DNA of 37,390 bases from IMG/VR virus record IMGVR_UViG_3300034062_000306, positions 1 through 37,390 of that record; one strand, 5' to 3'. The stretch is from a virus (Duplodnaviria; Caudoviricetes). The notes beneath the pieces are model-generated. The model saw only the letters and a program-made list of their open reading frames with translations, had not been told where the DNA came from and ran no database searches. Position 1 is the stretch's first letter. Each line of letters starts with the position of its first letter. This document shows, one piece after another, positions 7,605 through 16,693 of the stretch. A program made the translations under genes and the position numbers.

Positions 7605-8447
7605 ATGTTTGGTATATCCGCATTTGCACAGGCCCCATTTGCGGCTCTCGGTGAAAACGTAGTCGTCGTTGCCCTGACGGGCGTGTCCGCGTCCGGGAAT
7701 GTTGGATCAGTTCTCAGTGGGCAAGAACTAACGGGCGTGTCTGCGTCTGGGGCTGTTGGGTCTGTAACAGGCTCAAGCACCGTTGCTCTGTCGGGTGTTG
7801 CGGCCTCCGGTTTTGTTGGATCAGTTACTGCGGCTTCGACAGTTGCCCTGACGGGCGTGTCTGCATCTGGAGAGGTTGGCACTGTTGCTCGCGGGGACAC
7901 AGCATTTGCTCTGTCAGGGGTAGAGGCTTTAGGGGGTGTTGGTTCCGTCGGGGTGACAAACTCTCTTGCCCTGATTGGCGTGTCTGCGGCGGGGGCCGTT
8001 GGTACTGTTTCTCGCGGGCCAACATTATTTGCCCTGACAGGGGTTGAGGCTTCCGGCGCTGTTGGGACAATGATCTACAACGAGTCGGATGCAACATCCG
8101 GCGATGTGGCAATAGGCGAAGTTGGCACAGTAGCCCCCTCTCTCACCGTCGCTCTTACGGGGGTGGCGGCTTCAGGTTTTGCAGGCACGGTGAGCCACAG
8201 CAAAACAATTGCGCTGACTGGAAATTTGGCAATCGGAACCGCTGGATCGGTTGGGTTTACAGAGTCTTTTGCGCTGTCTGGGGTGCAAGCCTCGGGCGCG
8301 GCTGGAACTGTAATCGCCGTTTATTGGATTTTGGTAGATGACAGTCAAACTCCAAACTGGCAAAATATCAACGATTCTCAAACACCCAACTGGGCGCTGG
8401 TAAATAACGCAGAAACGGCTGATTGGTCGTTGGTTGAGACGGATTAA
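7605..8447 (+). CDS. Repeat-rich tail/fibre shaft protein
   Basis: About a dozen imperfect repeats of roughly 19-20 aa (ALTGVxAxGxVGxV), then C-terminal DSQTPNW repeats. Confidence 0.65.
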   Translation: MFGISAFAQAPFAALGENVVVVALTGVSASGNVGSVLSGQELTGVSASGAVGSVTGSSTVALSGVAASGFVGSVTAASTVALTGVSASGEVGTVARGDTAFALSGVEALGGVGSVGVTNSLALIGVSAAGAVGTVSRGPTLFALTGVEASGAVGTMIYNESDATSGDVAIGEVGTVAPSLTVALTGVAASGFAGTVSHSKTIALTGNLAIGTAGSVGFTESFALSGVQASGAAGTVIAVYWILVDDSQTPNWQNINDSQTPNWALVNNAETADWSLVETD

Positions 8448-8455
8448 GGATACAT

Positions 8456-8914
8456 ATGGCTCTCGTACTTGCAGACCGGGTAAAAGAAACAACCACCACG
8501 ACAGGTACTGGGACAGTAACGCTTCTGGGCGCATCAACGGGGTTCCAGTCGTTCGCGGCAGTTGGCGACGCCAACACCACCTATTACGCTATCGTGGCTC
8601 AAACCGGCACTGAATGGGAAGTTGGGATTGGTACGTATGCAACATCAGGCACAACCTTAGCCCGAACAGTGGTGTTGTCATCGTCTAACAGCGGATCAGC
8701 AGTCAACTTTAGCGCCGGAACAAAAGACGTATTTGTTACCTACCCGTCAGAACGCGCCGTGATTGGGGGTGAGGGTTATGTTGAAAACTCCGCAACGGTT
8801 GCTGTTAGCTCGACTATTACGGCAGGAAACAACGCCATGAGCGCGGGGCCAGTCACAATTAACTCAGGCATTACAGTAACAGTTCCTAGCGGTAGCCGCT
8901 GGGTTGTCGTTTAA
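8456..8914 (+). CDS. Tail fibre base/connector protein
   Basis: TAAGGA RBS. DRVKETTTTTGTG and EWEVGIGT motifs. C-terminal domain shared with 8972-9940. Confidence 0.65.
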   Translation: MALVLADRVKETTTTTGTGTVTLLGASTGFQSFAAVGDANTTYYAIVAQTGTEWEVGIGTYATSGTTLARTVVLSSSNSGSAVNFSAGTKDVFVTYPSERAVIGGEGYVENSATVAVSSTITAGNNAMSAGPVTINSGITVTVPSGSRWVVV

Positions 8915-8971
8915 CGGCAGTTGCCCACCATGCTTAAATCTGCGAAAATAACTTGAACGTAAGGGAAAGAC

Positions 8972-9940
8972 ATGGCAAGCACGTATTCAGACCTTAAATT
9001 TGAGCTGATTGGCACGGGCGAACAAGCAGGCTCTTGGGGCAGCACGACCAACGATAACATTGGCACGGCTATTGAGCAGGCCCTTGTCGGATTAGGCAAC
9101 CCTGTTTTTACCAGCGACACCAACCTGACTATCAGCCTGAGCAACACAGTTGCGCTTCAGACGGCGCGAGCCTTGGTCCTGAACGCTACGTCTACGGGCA
9201 GTCTGACGGTTACCCGTGAGTTGGTGGTGCCAACCATCGAGAAGCAGTACATTGTTCAGAACAACACCTCGGGCGGTCAAAGCATTACCGTGAAGACCTC
9301 GGGCGGGACGGGTATCACGGTGCCCAACGGGCGCAAGGCGCATTTGTATGTAGACGGCACCAACGTCATCCAGATGTTCGACTTCGTAGACATCAACGGT
9401 GGTGCAATTGACGGCACTGTTATTGGTGGCGCTACTACGGCAGCGGGTAGTTTTACAACACTCAACGCCACCGTCTTGACCGCCACCGCAGACTCGGCCT
9501 TCACGTCTACAGGTGCTGTGCAGATTTCCAAGGGAACGACAGCAGAGCGCCCCACGGGCGTTACGGGCAAGCTAAGGTTCAACACTACCACTGGTGAGTT
9601 TGAGGGCTACACGGGCGCTGGTTGGGCTTCTGTGGGCGGTTCTGCAATTGTCAACGACACCAGCACAGCGTCAAATATTTTCCCGCTGATGGCAAGTGCA
9701 ACAAGCGGCACGGCCTTGACAGTCAACACCAGCAATGCCAAGCTGCTGTACAAGCCTTCAACGGGGGAGTTTCAGTCAACAGTATTGGTGGCCTCAAACG
9801 GCATTGTGGTGAACAGCCAGACGGTGGCAGAGAATTACACTATTGCCGCAACAAACAACGCAATGTCCTCTGGCCCAATCACTATCAACTCCGGCATCAC
9901 AGTCACAGTCTCCAGCGGCTCTCGCTGGGCTGTTGTTTGA
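8972..9940 (+). CDS. Proximal tail fibre protein
   Basis: MASTYS...GEQAGSWG N-terminus, GTTAERP...GKLRFNTTTGEFEGY fibre motif, shared C-terminal GPITINSG...RW domain. Confidence 0.7.
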   Translation: MASTYSDLKFELIGTGEQAGSWGSTTNDNIGTAIEQALVGLGNPVFTSDTNLTISLSNTVALQTARALVLNATSTGSLTVTRELVVPTIEKQYIVQNNTSGGQSITVKTSGGTGITVPNGRKAHLYVDGTNVIQMFDFVDINGGAIDGTVIGGATTAAGSFTTLNATVLTATADSAFTSTGAVQISKGTTAERPTGVTGKLRFNTTTGEFEGYTGAGWASVGGSAIVNDTSTASNIFPLMASATSGTALTVNTSNAKLLYKPSTGEFQSTVLVASNGIVVNSQTVAENYTIAATNNAMSSGPITINSGITVTVSSGSRWAVV

Positions 9941-9952
9941 AAGGAAACAAAC

Positions 9953-10627
9953 ATGACTTTAATTCTAAGCGGCACTGACGGCCTTTCTGATGTGGACGGC
10001 ACAGCAGCCGCCCCTGCTATTCGCGGCACTGATGCCAACACCGGCATCTTTTTTGGTACAGACATCATCGGGTTTAGTGAAGGCGGTGTTGAGTCTGCGC
10101 GGTTCAACGCAGATGCCCAATTTGTTGCCGCCTCTGGTACAGCCGCGTTGCCCGTCATTACGACTACCGGCGATGTCAACACAGGCATCTTCTTCCCTGC
10201 CGCTGACACAGTGGCTGTCAGCACTGGCGGCACAGAACGCGCCCGTATCGAATCAACGGGAAATTTCCTTGTCAAGCGACAAATTACTTCATTTACCACA
10301 AACGGGTTTGGAGTTTTTCGTTCGGGAAGCAGTCTTGATGTTGCAGATGGTTCCACCATTACCTTATCTAGTGGGTCTGCTGCTCAATTGATTTGTGTTA
10401 CATGTGGGACTTCTGGAAATGGGGGCACATTTTTTGCCAATTACAATGTAACAGTTTCACAAATTGGCGGGTCTGCTACTCAAATATCAACTACTGATGC
10501 AGGTGTTGTTGATATTGCTGTGTATAAATCTATAAATAACAACACAGTTACATTTAAGAATCGCTCTGGATTTACAAAAAATTACACAATCTCTATTTTT
10601 TGTGCCGACAATGGTGACACAGTTTAA
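9953..10627 (+). CDS. Tail fibre / receptor-binding protein 1
   Basis: Duplicated GTAAxP...NTGIFF...GGxExAR fibre repeat. AT-rich C-terminal tip. Confidence 0.7.
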   Translation: MTLILSGTDGLSDVDGTAAAPAIRGTDANTGIFFGTDIIGFSEGGVESARFNADAQFVAASGTAALPVITTTGDVNTGIFFPAADTVAVSTGGTERARIESTGNFLVKRQITSFTTNGFGVFRSGSSLDVADGSTITLSSGSAAQLICVTCGTSGNGGTFFANYNVTVSQIGGSATQISTTDAGVVDIAVYKSINNNTVTFKNRSGFTKNYTISIFCADNGDTV

Positions 10628-10641
10628 TTAAAGGAAAAATC

Positions 10642-10884
10642 ATGCAAGTTGAAATCAAAAACTTTGAAAACGAAACTGACAATAAGTTTGTCGGCTTTAA
10701 TATTCGCAACGATGCAAACGCTTTGTTTATTATTGACAAACGAGTTCCATTGGTAAATGGAAAAACTGATGAGCAATATGTCCAAGATGCGCTTGCTCTT
10801 GCAAAACCAGAGATTGACGAATGGTTGGCATCACAGTCTTTTGTTGGTCGCAAGTGGAATATTGCAACCAACTCTTTTGAATGA
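10642..10884 (+). CDS. Small AT-rich protein, probable fibre chaperone/partner
   Basis: AAGGA RBS. Directly follows fibre 1 and shares its low GC. Confidence 0.55.
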   Translation: MQVEIKNFENETDNKFVGFNIRNDANALFIIDKRVPLVNGKTDEQYVQDALALAKPEIDEWLASQSFVGRKWNIATNSFE

Positions 10885-10940
10885 CTAAAACAGCAGCCAT
10901 GACAACCCGCATCACCGCACTTGAAGGAGCAGCAGCATGA
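10881..10940 (+). pseudogene. 19-codon relic of a tail fibre C-terminus
   Basis: MTKTAAMTTRITALEGAAA*, with ATGA overlaps at both ends. Contains the AAGGAG RBS of the next gene. Confidence 0.5.
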
Positions 10941-11548
10941 GCAGCATTGCAGTAACGGCCTCGGCAACCGGCACGGGCACAGTCACCCTGTTAGCACCCA
11001 TCACAAACACAAACAGGACGCTGACGCTGCCTGATGCTACTGACACAGTGGCGGGTATTGCCGCGACTCAGACGCTGACTAACAAAACTATAAATGCAAG
11101 CCAATTAGTTGATGCGTCTGTAACACAAGCAAAACTTGGAACAAACGTGGCTGGCAACGGCCCTGCATTTAGGGCAACCCGTTCAACAGCGCAGACCCCA
11201 TCAAGTAGCACTTGGACAAAAGTTACGTTTGATACAGAAACATTTGACACAAATAGCAATTTTGCTTCCAGTAGATTTACGCCAACTGTTGCTGGGTATT
11301 ATCAGTTTAATTGGTCGGGTGGTGTTACGGGGTCTGCAAGTGAAGCATATGTGGCACTCTATAAAAATGGAAGTAATGAAATTTATAATTTTATGATTGG
11401 TGTCTTAACACAAAATGGGTATTTTGCAAATGATTTGCAATATGCTAATGGCACGACTGACTATTTTGAAGTATATATTTATATTACTGATGATGCCCCG
11501 TCTTGTAGTGTTTTAAATATGTCTGGTTTTCTTGCAAGGGGCGCATAA
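10937..11548 (+). CDS. Tail fibre / receptor-binding protein 2 with C1q/TNF-like head
   Basis: GPAFRA...TKVTFDTETFDTNSNF...RFTPTVAGYYQF is the C1q-like signature. QTLTNKT shaft motif. Confidence 0.7.
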   Translation: MSSIAVTASATGTGTVTLLAPITNTNRTLTLPDATDTVAGIAATQTLTNKTINASQLVDASVTQAKLGTNVAGNGPAFRATRSTAQTPSSSTWTKVTFDTETFDTNSNFASSRFTPTVAGYYQFNWSGGVTGSASEAYVALYKNGSNEIYNFMIGVLTQNGYFANDLQYANGTTDYFEVYIYITDDAPSCSVLNMSGFLARGA

Positions 11549-11549
11549 C

Positions 11550-11714
11550 ATGACACTCTACGACAAAATCAAAGCACTGTATCCTACGCTGACTCAGCAG
11601 GACTTCCTGACCACCATCCGCTTGCAGAACGACTCTGACGGCAAGGGTGACTACATTGCCGCTTGGGATCACCCGACCCTGGCACGACCCACTGAGGAGC
11701 AACTGAATGGCTAA
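11550..11714 (+). CDS. XkdW-like protein (fibre partner)
   Basis: Start is probably ATG 11550 (AAGGGG upstream). LYP...DF...LQNDSDGKGDYIAAW...PTEEQL pattern. Confidence 0.7.
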   Translation: MTLYDKIKALYPTLTQQDFLTTIRLQNDSDGKGDYIAAWDHPTLARPTEEQLNG

Positions 11715-12306
11715 CGGAACAATTGCAGCAAGCCAGCTTGAGATGCTGTCCCTAAGCGGGACGGGCATCATCACCATCACGCCACCGGCTACCAACACGA
11801 ACAGGGCGATCACTCTGCCTGACGCAGCGGGTGCGCTTGTTGTGTCTGGCACAACCCCGAGCTTGAACGGCATCACCTTCCCCGCTACGCAATCGGCAAG
11901 CGCTGACGCAAACACGCTGGATGATTATGAGGAGGGGACTTTTACGCCAATCATTGTTGGCGGCACTACTGCTGGTACAGCAACATATACCTCGCAAACT
12001 GGTCAGTACACAAAAATTGGAAATAGAGTTTTAATTAGCATTCGAATAGGTTATAACAGCGGAACTGGAACAGGGACTTTAAATATAGGTGGATTACCCT
12101 TTACAACAGATAGCGCAGGCGCATCTTTAAGTAACTATTCTGATGGTATTTCAATGACAGCAGGCCATGTAATGCAACTTATAACAGGAACTAGTAACAC
12201 ACTAATAAATGTTAATTCAGTCGCAACTGGCGGCGGTTCTGATGCAAATGTTGCTTATGATGCACAAGGATTTATGGCAGTAAATGGTAATTACAAAATT
12301 GCTTAA
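11707..12306 (+). CDS. Tail fibre / receptor-binding protein 3
   Basis: GAGGAG RBS. LDDYEEGTFTP...GQYTKIGNRV...IGGLPF head motif. N-terminus resembles that of 10937. Confidence 0.7.
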   Translation: MANGTIAASQLEMLSLSGTGIITITPPATNTNRAITLPDAAGALVVSGTTPSLNGITFPATQSASADANTLDDYEEGTFTPIIVGGTTAGTATYTSQTGQYTKIGNRVLISIRIGYNSGTGTGTLNIGGLPFTTDSAGASLSNYSDGISMTAGHVMQLITGTSNTLINVNSVATGGGSDANVAYDAQGFMAVNGNYKIA

Positions 12307-12350
12307 TTATCTACATTGGATTATGCAGTCGGACATTTAAAGGAAATCAA

Positions 12351-12593
12351 ATGGCACTCACCGAAACCAAAGTTATCGACCAAATCACCGTCACCGAGAA
12401 CGGCATTGTGCTGTACCGCGAGGCTACACGCATCCTAAAAGACGGCGACCAGATTGCTCAGACCTTTCACCGCACCAGCCTGACACCGGGCCAAGACCTC
12501 ACTGGTCAACCTGCCAATGTCGTGGCAATCTGCAATGCGGCTTGGACTGCTGAAGTGGTTGCGGCGTATCAGGCTCAAGTCGCAGCAGCTTAG
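12351..12593 (+). CDS. Small fibre partner/chaperone protein
   Basis: AAGGA RBS. IDQITV...FHR...ICNAAWT pattern. Follows fibre 3. Confidence 0.6.
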   Translation: MALTETKVIDQITVTENGIVLYREATRILKDGDQIAQTFHRTSLTPGQDLTGQPANVVAICNAAWTAEVVAAYQAQVAAA

Positions 12594-12615
12594 CAAGAAA
12601 CGGACTGTGTAAATT

Positions 12616-12774
12616 GTGGACGCGCTGCCGCCATTACCGCCAGCAGCACAAGCACCTGCTCCAACCTTTGAGTGCGTAAGGTGGTCGTGGTCCTCGGACC
12701 GCAAAGAAGTTTGGTGTCTCCAGTGGCGAGAAAAAGGCAAACCTGAACCTAAGAAGGTAGCGGAAAGTGATTGA
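12616..12774 (+). CDS. 52-aa Pro-rich, Cys/Trp-containing protein (not in ORF track)
   Basis: GTG start. MDALPPLPPAAQAPAPTFECVRWSWSSDRKEVWCLQWREKGKPEPKKVAESD* overlaps the start of the next gene. The RBS is weak. Confidence 0.55.
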   Translation: MDALPPLPPAAQAPAPTFECVRWSWSSDRKEVWCLQWREKGKPEPKKVAESD

Positions 12775-13237
12775 TCCGATTACAGCCCTTGCAGGCATAC
12801 AGGCAGCAGTTGCGCTCATCAAGAAGGTCAGCAAAACCGTTGACGATGTGTCGTCTCTTGGGCCTGTCCTTGGCAAGTACTTTGACGCAAAGTCCACCGC
12901 CACCAAGGCGGTTGTTCAGGCCAAGAAGTCCAAGTCATCAATGGGCACGGCCATCCAGATCGAGATGGCGCTCGACCAAGCTAGACGGTTTGAAGATGAG
13001 TTGCAACTCCTGTTCATGCAGGCGGGGAAAATAGACGTCTGGAACCGCATAAAGTCCAGAGCAGCGGCGATGGATGTGGAGTCTGCCCATGATGCGCGGC
13101 GGGAGCGTGAGTCTGCGGTCAAGCGCAAGCAAGAGATGGATGAGGTTGTTGAGTTGGCCTTGCTGGCAGTTATCTTTTTTAGCTTAGTCGGGGTGATCTT
13201 ATATTTCACTATTGGCATCCTTGAGCAGCAAAGATGA
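12767..13237 (+). CDS. Membrane-anchored coiled-coil protein in the lysis region
   Basis: MIDPITALAG start, charged helices and a C-terminal TM segment LALLAVIFFSLVGVILYFTIGIL. Confidence 0.65.
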   Translation: MIDPITALAGIQAAVALIKKVSKTVDDVSSLGPVLGKYFDAKSTATKAVVQAKKSKSSMGTAIQIEMALDQARRFEDELQLLFMQAGKIDVWNRIKSRAAAMDVESAHDARRERESAVKRKQEMDEVVELALLAVIFFSLVGVILYFTIGILEQQR

Positions 13238-13842
13238 GTGACGAGCGTTTAAACCTAGTTGACAAAGTGCTGGCGTATGTCAGCAGCCCGTTCCGTCTCT
13301 TTGCAATGGTGCTGATGGCCGTGCTCACGTTTGCTGGCTACTTTGTATATACAAACCAAGAGTTGTTGATAGGGGCGTACAAAGAGTCCAGAAAGATTCC
13401 CAGCATTGCCGAAGACCGCGTAGAAGACGCAGCAGCCCATCTGTTTAAACAGTCTGGCGCACAGATCGTGGCGGTGTTCAAGGTCAACTCAATGTTTGGC
13501 ACACGCATCCTGCACCGGGCCTACGCCAAGGACGGCAGGGACAAGACAAACGACGGGCTGGACGTGGGGCTGTTTACACAGAACGCAGGCAACAATTCGG
13601 ATGTGGTCAAGCTCATGGCTAACGAGATTCCGTGCAGCGAGTACAAGTCAGCGCAGTCGGAAATGGGTTTGTGGTACATCGCCAAGGGCGTTACCTATAC
13701 GTGCCGTATCAGTGTGCCACCGGAACCGGGCAGATTTGTTGGGCAAATCACCGTTGGCTGGGCTACCCAGCCTGAAGACATGGACAGCACCCGCGCCATG
13801 CTTCAAATTGCAGCAACCATGCTTTCAAGGAGTAAACAGTAA
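13234..13842 (+). CDS. Single-TM protein with soluble C-terminal domain, T4 holin T-like architecture
   Basis: One N-terminal TM (LFAMVLMAVLTFAGYFVY) and a GAF-like ending, YTCRISVP...FVGQITVGW. Adjacent to the holin and endolysin. Confidence 0.45.
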   Translation: MSDERLNLVDKVLAYVSSPFRLFAMVLMAVLTFAGYFVYTNQELLIGAYKESRKIPSIAEDRVEDAAAHLFKQSGAQIVAVFKVNSMFGTRILHRAYAKDGRDKTNDGLDVGLFTQNAGNNSDVVKLMANEIPCSEYKSAQSEMGLWYIAKGVTYTCRISVPPEPGRFVGQITVGWATQPEDMDSTRAMLQIAATMLSRSKQ

Positions 13843-14339
13843 TGGATTGGCTTAAACAAATCGCGCCCACAATTGCCACGGCAATGGGCGGTCCACTGGC
13901 GGGGATGGCTGTCTCGGCTATCTCCAAGGCAATCGGCGTAGACCCCGACAAAGTGGGCGACCTGATCTCCAGCAACAAGCTGTCCGCCGAGCAGATTGCT
14001 CAAGTCAAGATCGCTGAGATCGAGTTGCAGAAACAAGCGCAGGAGCTTGGCCTCAACTTTGAAAAGCTGTCTGTAGAAGACAGGAAGTCTGCACGGGACA
14101 TGCAAGCCGCCACGAGGTCAATTGTTCCCCCGGCCTTGGCCGCAATCATCACGGTTGGGTTCTTTGGCATTTTGGGCATGATGCTTTTTGGCAAGGTTGA
14201 CGGCAGCAACCCAACGATCTTGATGATGCTGGGCAGTTTGTCCACCGCTTGGACAGGCATCATTGCTTACTACTTCGGCTCCTCTGCTGGCTCACAGGCC
14301 AAGACAGACCTTCTTTCTAAGGCTCCGGCAATCAAATGA
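13842..14339 (+). CDS. Holin (3TM/GTA-holin-like)
   Basis: DRKSARDM, two C-terminal TM helices and a YYFGSS motif. Immediately upstream of the endolysin. Confidence 0.7.
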   Translation: MDWLKQIAPTIATAMGGPLAGMAVSAISKAIGVDPDKVGDLISSNKLSAEQIAQVKIAEIELQKQAQELGLNFEKLSVEDRKSARDMQAATRSIVPPALAAIITVGFFGILGMMLFGKVDGSNPTILMMLGSLSTAWTGIIAYYFGSSAGSQAKTDLLSKAPAIK

Positions 14340-14758
14340 CACCACACTTTACCCTCGCGGAACTGACCGTTACAAATCACCGTCAGTTTGACAACACGCC
14401 AAACGAAGCCGAGACAGCCAACTTGCAACGGCTTGCTGAGTTCTTGGAGCAGGTAAAAACTGTGCTGGGCGGCAAGCCGATTATGATTAACAGCGCCTTC
14501 CGGTCAAAGCAAGTCAACGACAGCGTTGGCTCCAAAGACACGAGCCAGCATAGAATTGGTTGCGCGGCAGACTTCCGTGTTCCCGGGATGACTCCCGATG
14601 CTGTGGTACGTGCAGTGATTGCTGCGGGTTTACCCTTTGACCAAATTATCCGTGAGTTTGATTCTTGGACGCATATCAGTGTGACAAACACACCGGACGG
14701 AACCCCACGTAAGCAGGCGCTTATCATTGATAAAGCGGGCACTCGACCTTTTGCCTGA
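14336..14758 (+). CDS. Endolysin, peptidase M15A family
   Basis: HFTLAEL, INSAFRS, SQHRIGCAADF (His/Asp zinc ligands) and WTHIS (third ligand). Confidence 0.88.
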   Translation: MTPHFTLAELTVTNHRQFDNTPNEAETANLQRLAEFLEQVKTVLGGKPIMINSAFRSKQVNDSVGSKDTSQHRIGCAADFRVPGMTPDAVVRAVIAAGLPFDQIIREFDSWTHISVTNTPDGTPRKQALIIDKAGTRPFA

Positions 14759-14776
14759 TACGTGGGAAAATGAATC

Positions 14777-16690
14777 ATGCCTCTACAAAAACTCCAGCTA
14801 AGACCGGGAATCAACAAAGAGTCCACAACTCTGGCCAACGAGGGTACTTGGTTCGAGATGGACAAGGTGCGCTTTCGTTCAGGCTACCCCGAGAAAATTG
14901 GCGGTTGGACTCTCGATACCGGCACAACTAATTCTGCGCTGGCACCCCCTGCGGGGTCGTTTTGGGGCGTATGCCGCTCTTTGTTTAACTGGGTTACGCT
15001 GTCCGGCTACAACTTGTTGGGCGTTGGCACAAACCTCAAGTTTTATATTCAGAACGGCACCATTGGTATTTTTTACGACATCACACCTATCCGGCTTGTA
15101 GAGTCCGTAGCGGCTAATGCGTTTACTACCGTTAATGGTTCGACAACAGTTACGGTAAACGACACAAGCCACGGAGCCGCAACGGGCGACTTTGTAACAA
15201 TCTCAGGTGTCGGGGGAGCGATAAACGGCATTCCAGCAACAGCACTTAACCAAGAATTTAGACTCACGGTGCTAAGCGCCAATACGTACAGCATCGTTGT
15301 TTCTTCCCCGGCAAGCTCCTCGGGAACGACGGGCGCTGCCACGTTTACATATCAAATCTCCATTGGCCCTGAAATCTTTACAGCCCCAAACGGTTGGGGC
15401 GCAGGCGGCTGGGGTGGCGTTACTGGCTCGTCAACGCCGACAGGTTGGGGGTTGTCTGCCACAACGGGAATTGCTTCCCAGCTTCGTTTGTGGAGTCAGT
15501 CTAACTACGGCGAAGACTTGATCTTTAACCCACGGGGTGGTGGCCTGTATCTCTGGGAAACCAACGCCGACCCAAACATTTTTGACCGTGGCGTTCTGCT
15601 CACTAGCGGGGATACCCCAGACGTTTGCAACTTTGTCATGGTGTCGGACGCTTCACGCTTTGTGATTGGGTTTGGTGTAAACGACTACGGCTCCGCCGTA
15701 CAAAACCCCATGTTGATACGCTGGTCAGACCAAGAAGACTACACCCAATGGACACCGGCTATCACCAACCAAGCTGGTAGTTTCACACTCAGTGACGGTT
15801 CTCAAATTATTACTGCTATGCAGTCGCGGCAAGAGATTTTGGTGTGGACAGACTCTGCGTTGTATTCCATGCAATACCTTGGCCCACCATACGTATGGGG
15901 TTTTCAACTTCTCGCCGACAACTTGTCTATTGTTGGCCCCAACGCAACATCTACAGCCAACAACATCGCCTACTGGATGGGCGTGGACAAGTTCTACATG
16001 TATTCTGGACGGGTGGAAACCCTGTATTGTCCTCTTCGTCAGTATATTTTTAACGACATTAATCTATCCCAGTCATATCAGTTTTTCTCAGGTACCAACG
16101 AGGGGTACAACGAGATTTGGTGGTTTTACTGCTCCGCAAATTCAACAGCGGTTGACCGATACGTGATTTACAACCACTTGGAAAAAATCTGGTCTTACGG
16201 CACCCTTGCAAGAACGGCGTGGCTTGACTCGCCGCTGCGAGCCTCGCCAATGGCTACAGGATATAACGGGCAGCTTATATACCATGAAAGCGGTGTAGAC
16301 GACGGCGCGACAAACCCGCCCACAGCCATTACGTCTTTCTGCCAATCTGCCGACATCAACATCGGGGACGGGCACAACTACGGCTTTGGTTATCGGATGA
16401 TCCCGGACGTTACGTTCAACGGCTCTACGGTGAACAACCCCGCAGTTACCTTTACGCTGCGGCCCCGGCAAAACCCCGGTTCGAATTACAGCGCATCGGC
16501 AACCCCTGCGGTCACTAGTACGCAGAACTACCAGTCCACCCGCAATTACGAAGTGCAGCAGTTCACGGAGATCGTGTATGTACGTGTTCGTGGGCGTCAA
16601 ATGGCGTTCCGAATCAGCTCGAACACCCTTGGGGTGCAGTGGCAGTTGGGTGTGCCGTCCATTGATATACGCCCAGACGGACGGAGGTAA
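14777..16690 (+). CDS. Tail nozzle / tail tubular protein B (P22 gp10-like)
   Basis: 637 aa, beta-propeller-like composition, IRWSDQED and EIWWFY motifs, terminal RVRGRQ...DIRPDGRR. Precedes the ejection genes. Confidence 0.65.
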   Translation: MPLQKLQLRPGINKESTTLANEGTWFEMDKVRFRSGYPEKIGGWTLDTGTTNSALAPPAGSFWGVCRSLFNWVTLSGYNLLGVGTNLKFYIQNGTIGIFYDITPIRLVESVAANAFTTVNGSTTVTVNDTSHGAATGDFVTISGVGGAINGIPATALNQEFRLTVLSANTYSIVVSSPASSSGTTGAATFTYQISIGPEIFTAPNGWGAGGWGGVTGSSTPTGWGLSATTGIASQLRLWSQSNYGEDLIFNPRGGGLYLWETNADPNIFDRGVLLTSGDTPDVCNFVMVSDASRFVIGFGVNDYGSAVQNPMLIRWSDQEDYTQWTPAITNQAGSFTLSDGSQIITAMQSRQEILVWTDSALYSMQYLGPPYVWGFQLLADNLSIVGPNATSTANNIAYWMGVDKFYMYSGRVETLYCPLRQYIFNDINLSQSYQFFSGTNEGYNEIWWFYCSANSTAVDRYVIYNHLEKIWSYGTLARTAWLDSPLRASPMATGYNGQLIYHESGVDDGATNPPTAITSFCQSADINIGDGHNYGFGYRMIPDVTFNGSTVNNPAVTFTLRPRQNPGSNYSASATPAVTSTQNYQSTRNYEVQQFTEIVYVRVRGRQMAFRISSNTLGVQWQLGVPSIDIRPDGRR

Positions 16691-16693
16691 GCC

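Noticed and set aside
7670-8310. Recurring gccctgacgggcgtgtc-like DNA repeats considered as a CRISPR array
   Set aside because: The repeats are degenerate, in frame and encode ALTGVSASG protein repeats. There is no constant repeat-spacer structure.
8790-9940. Similar 3' ends of two tail genes considered as a DGR template/variable repeat pair
   Set aside because: Both copies are coding, the differences are mostly synonymous and not adenine-specific, and no reverse transcriptase is present in the window.
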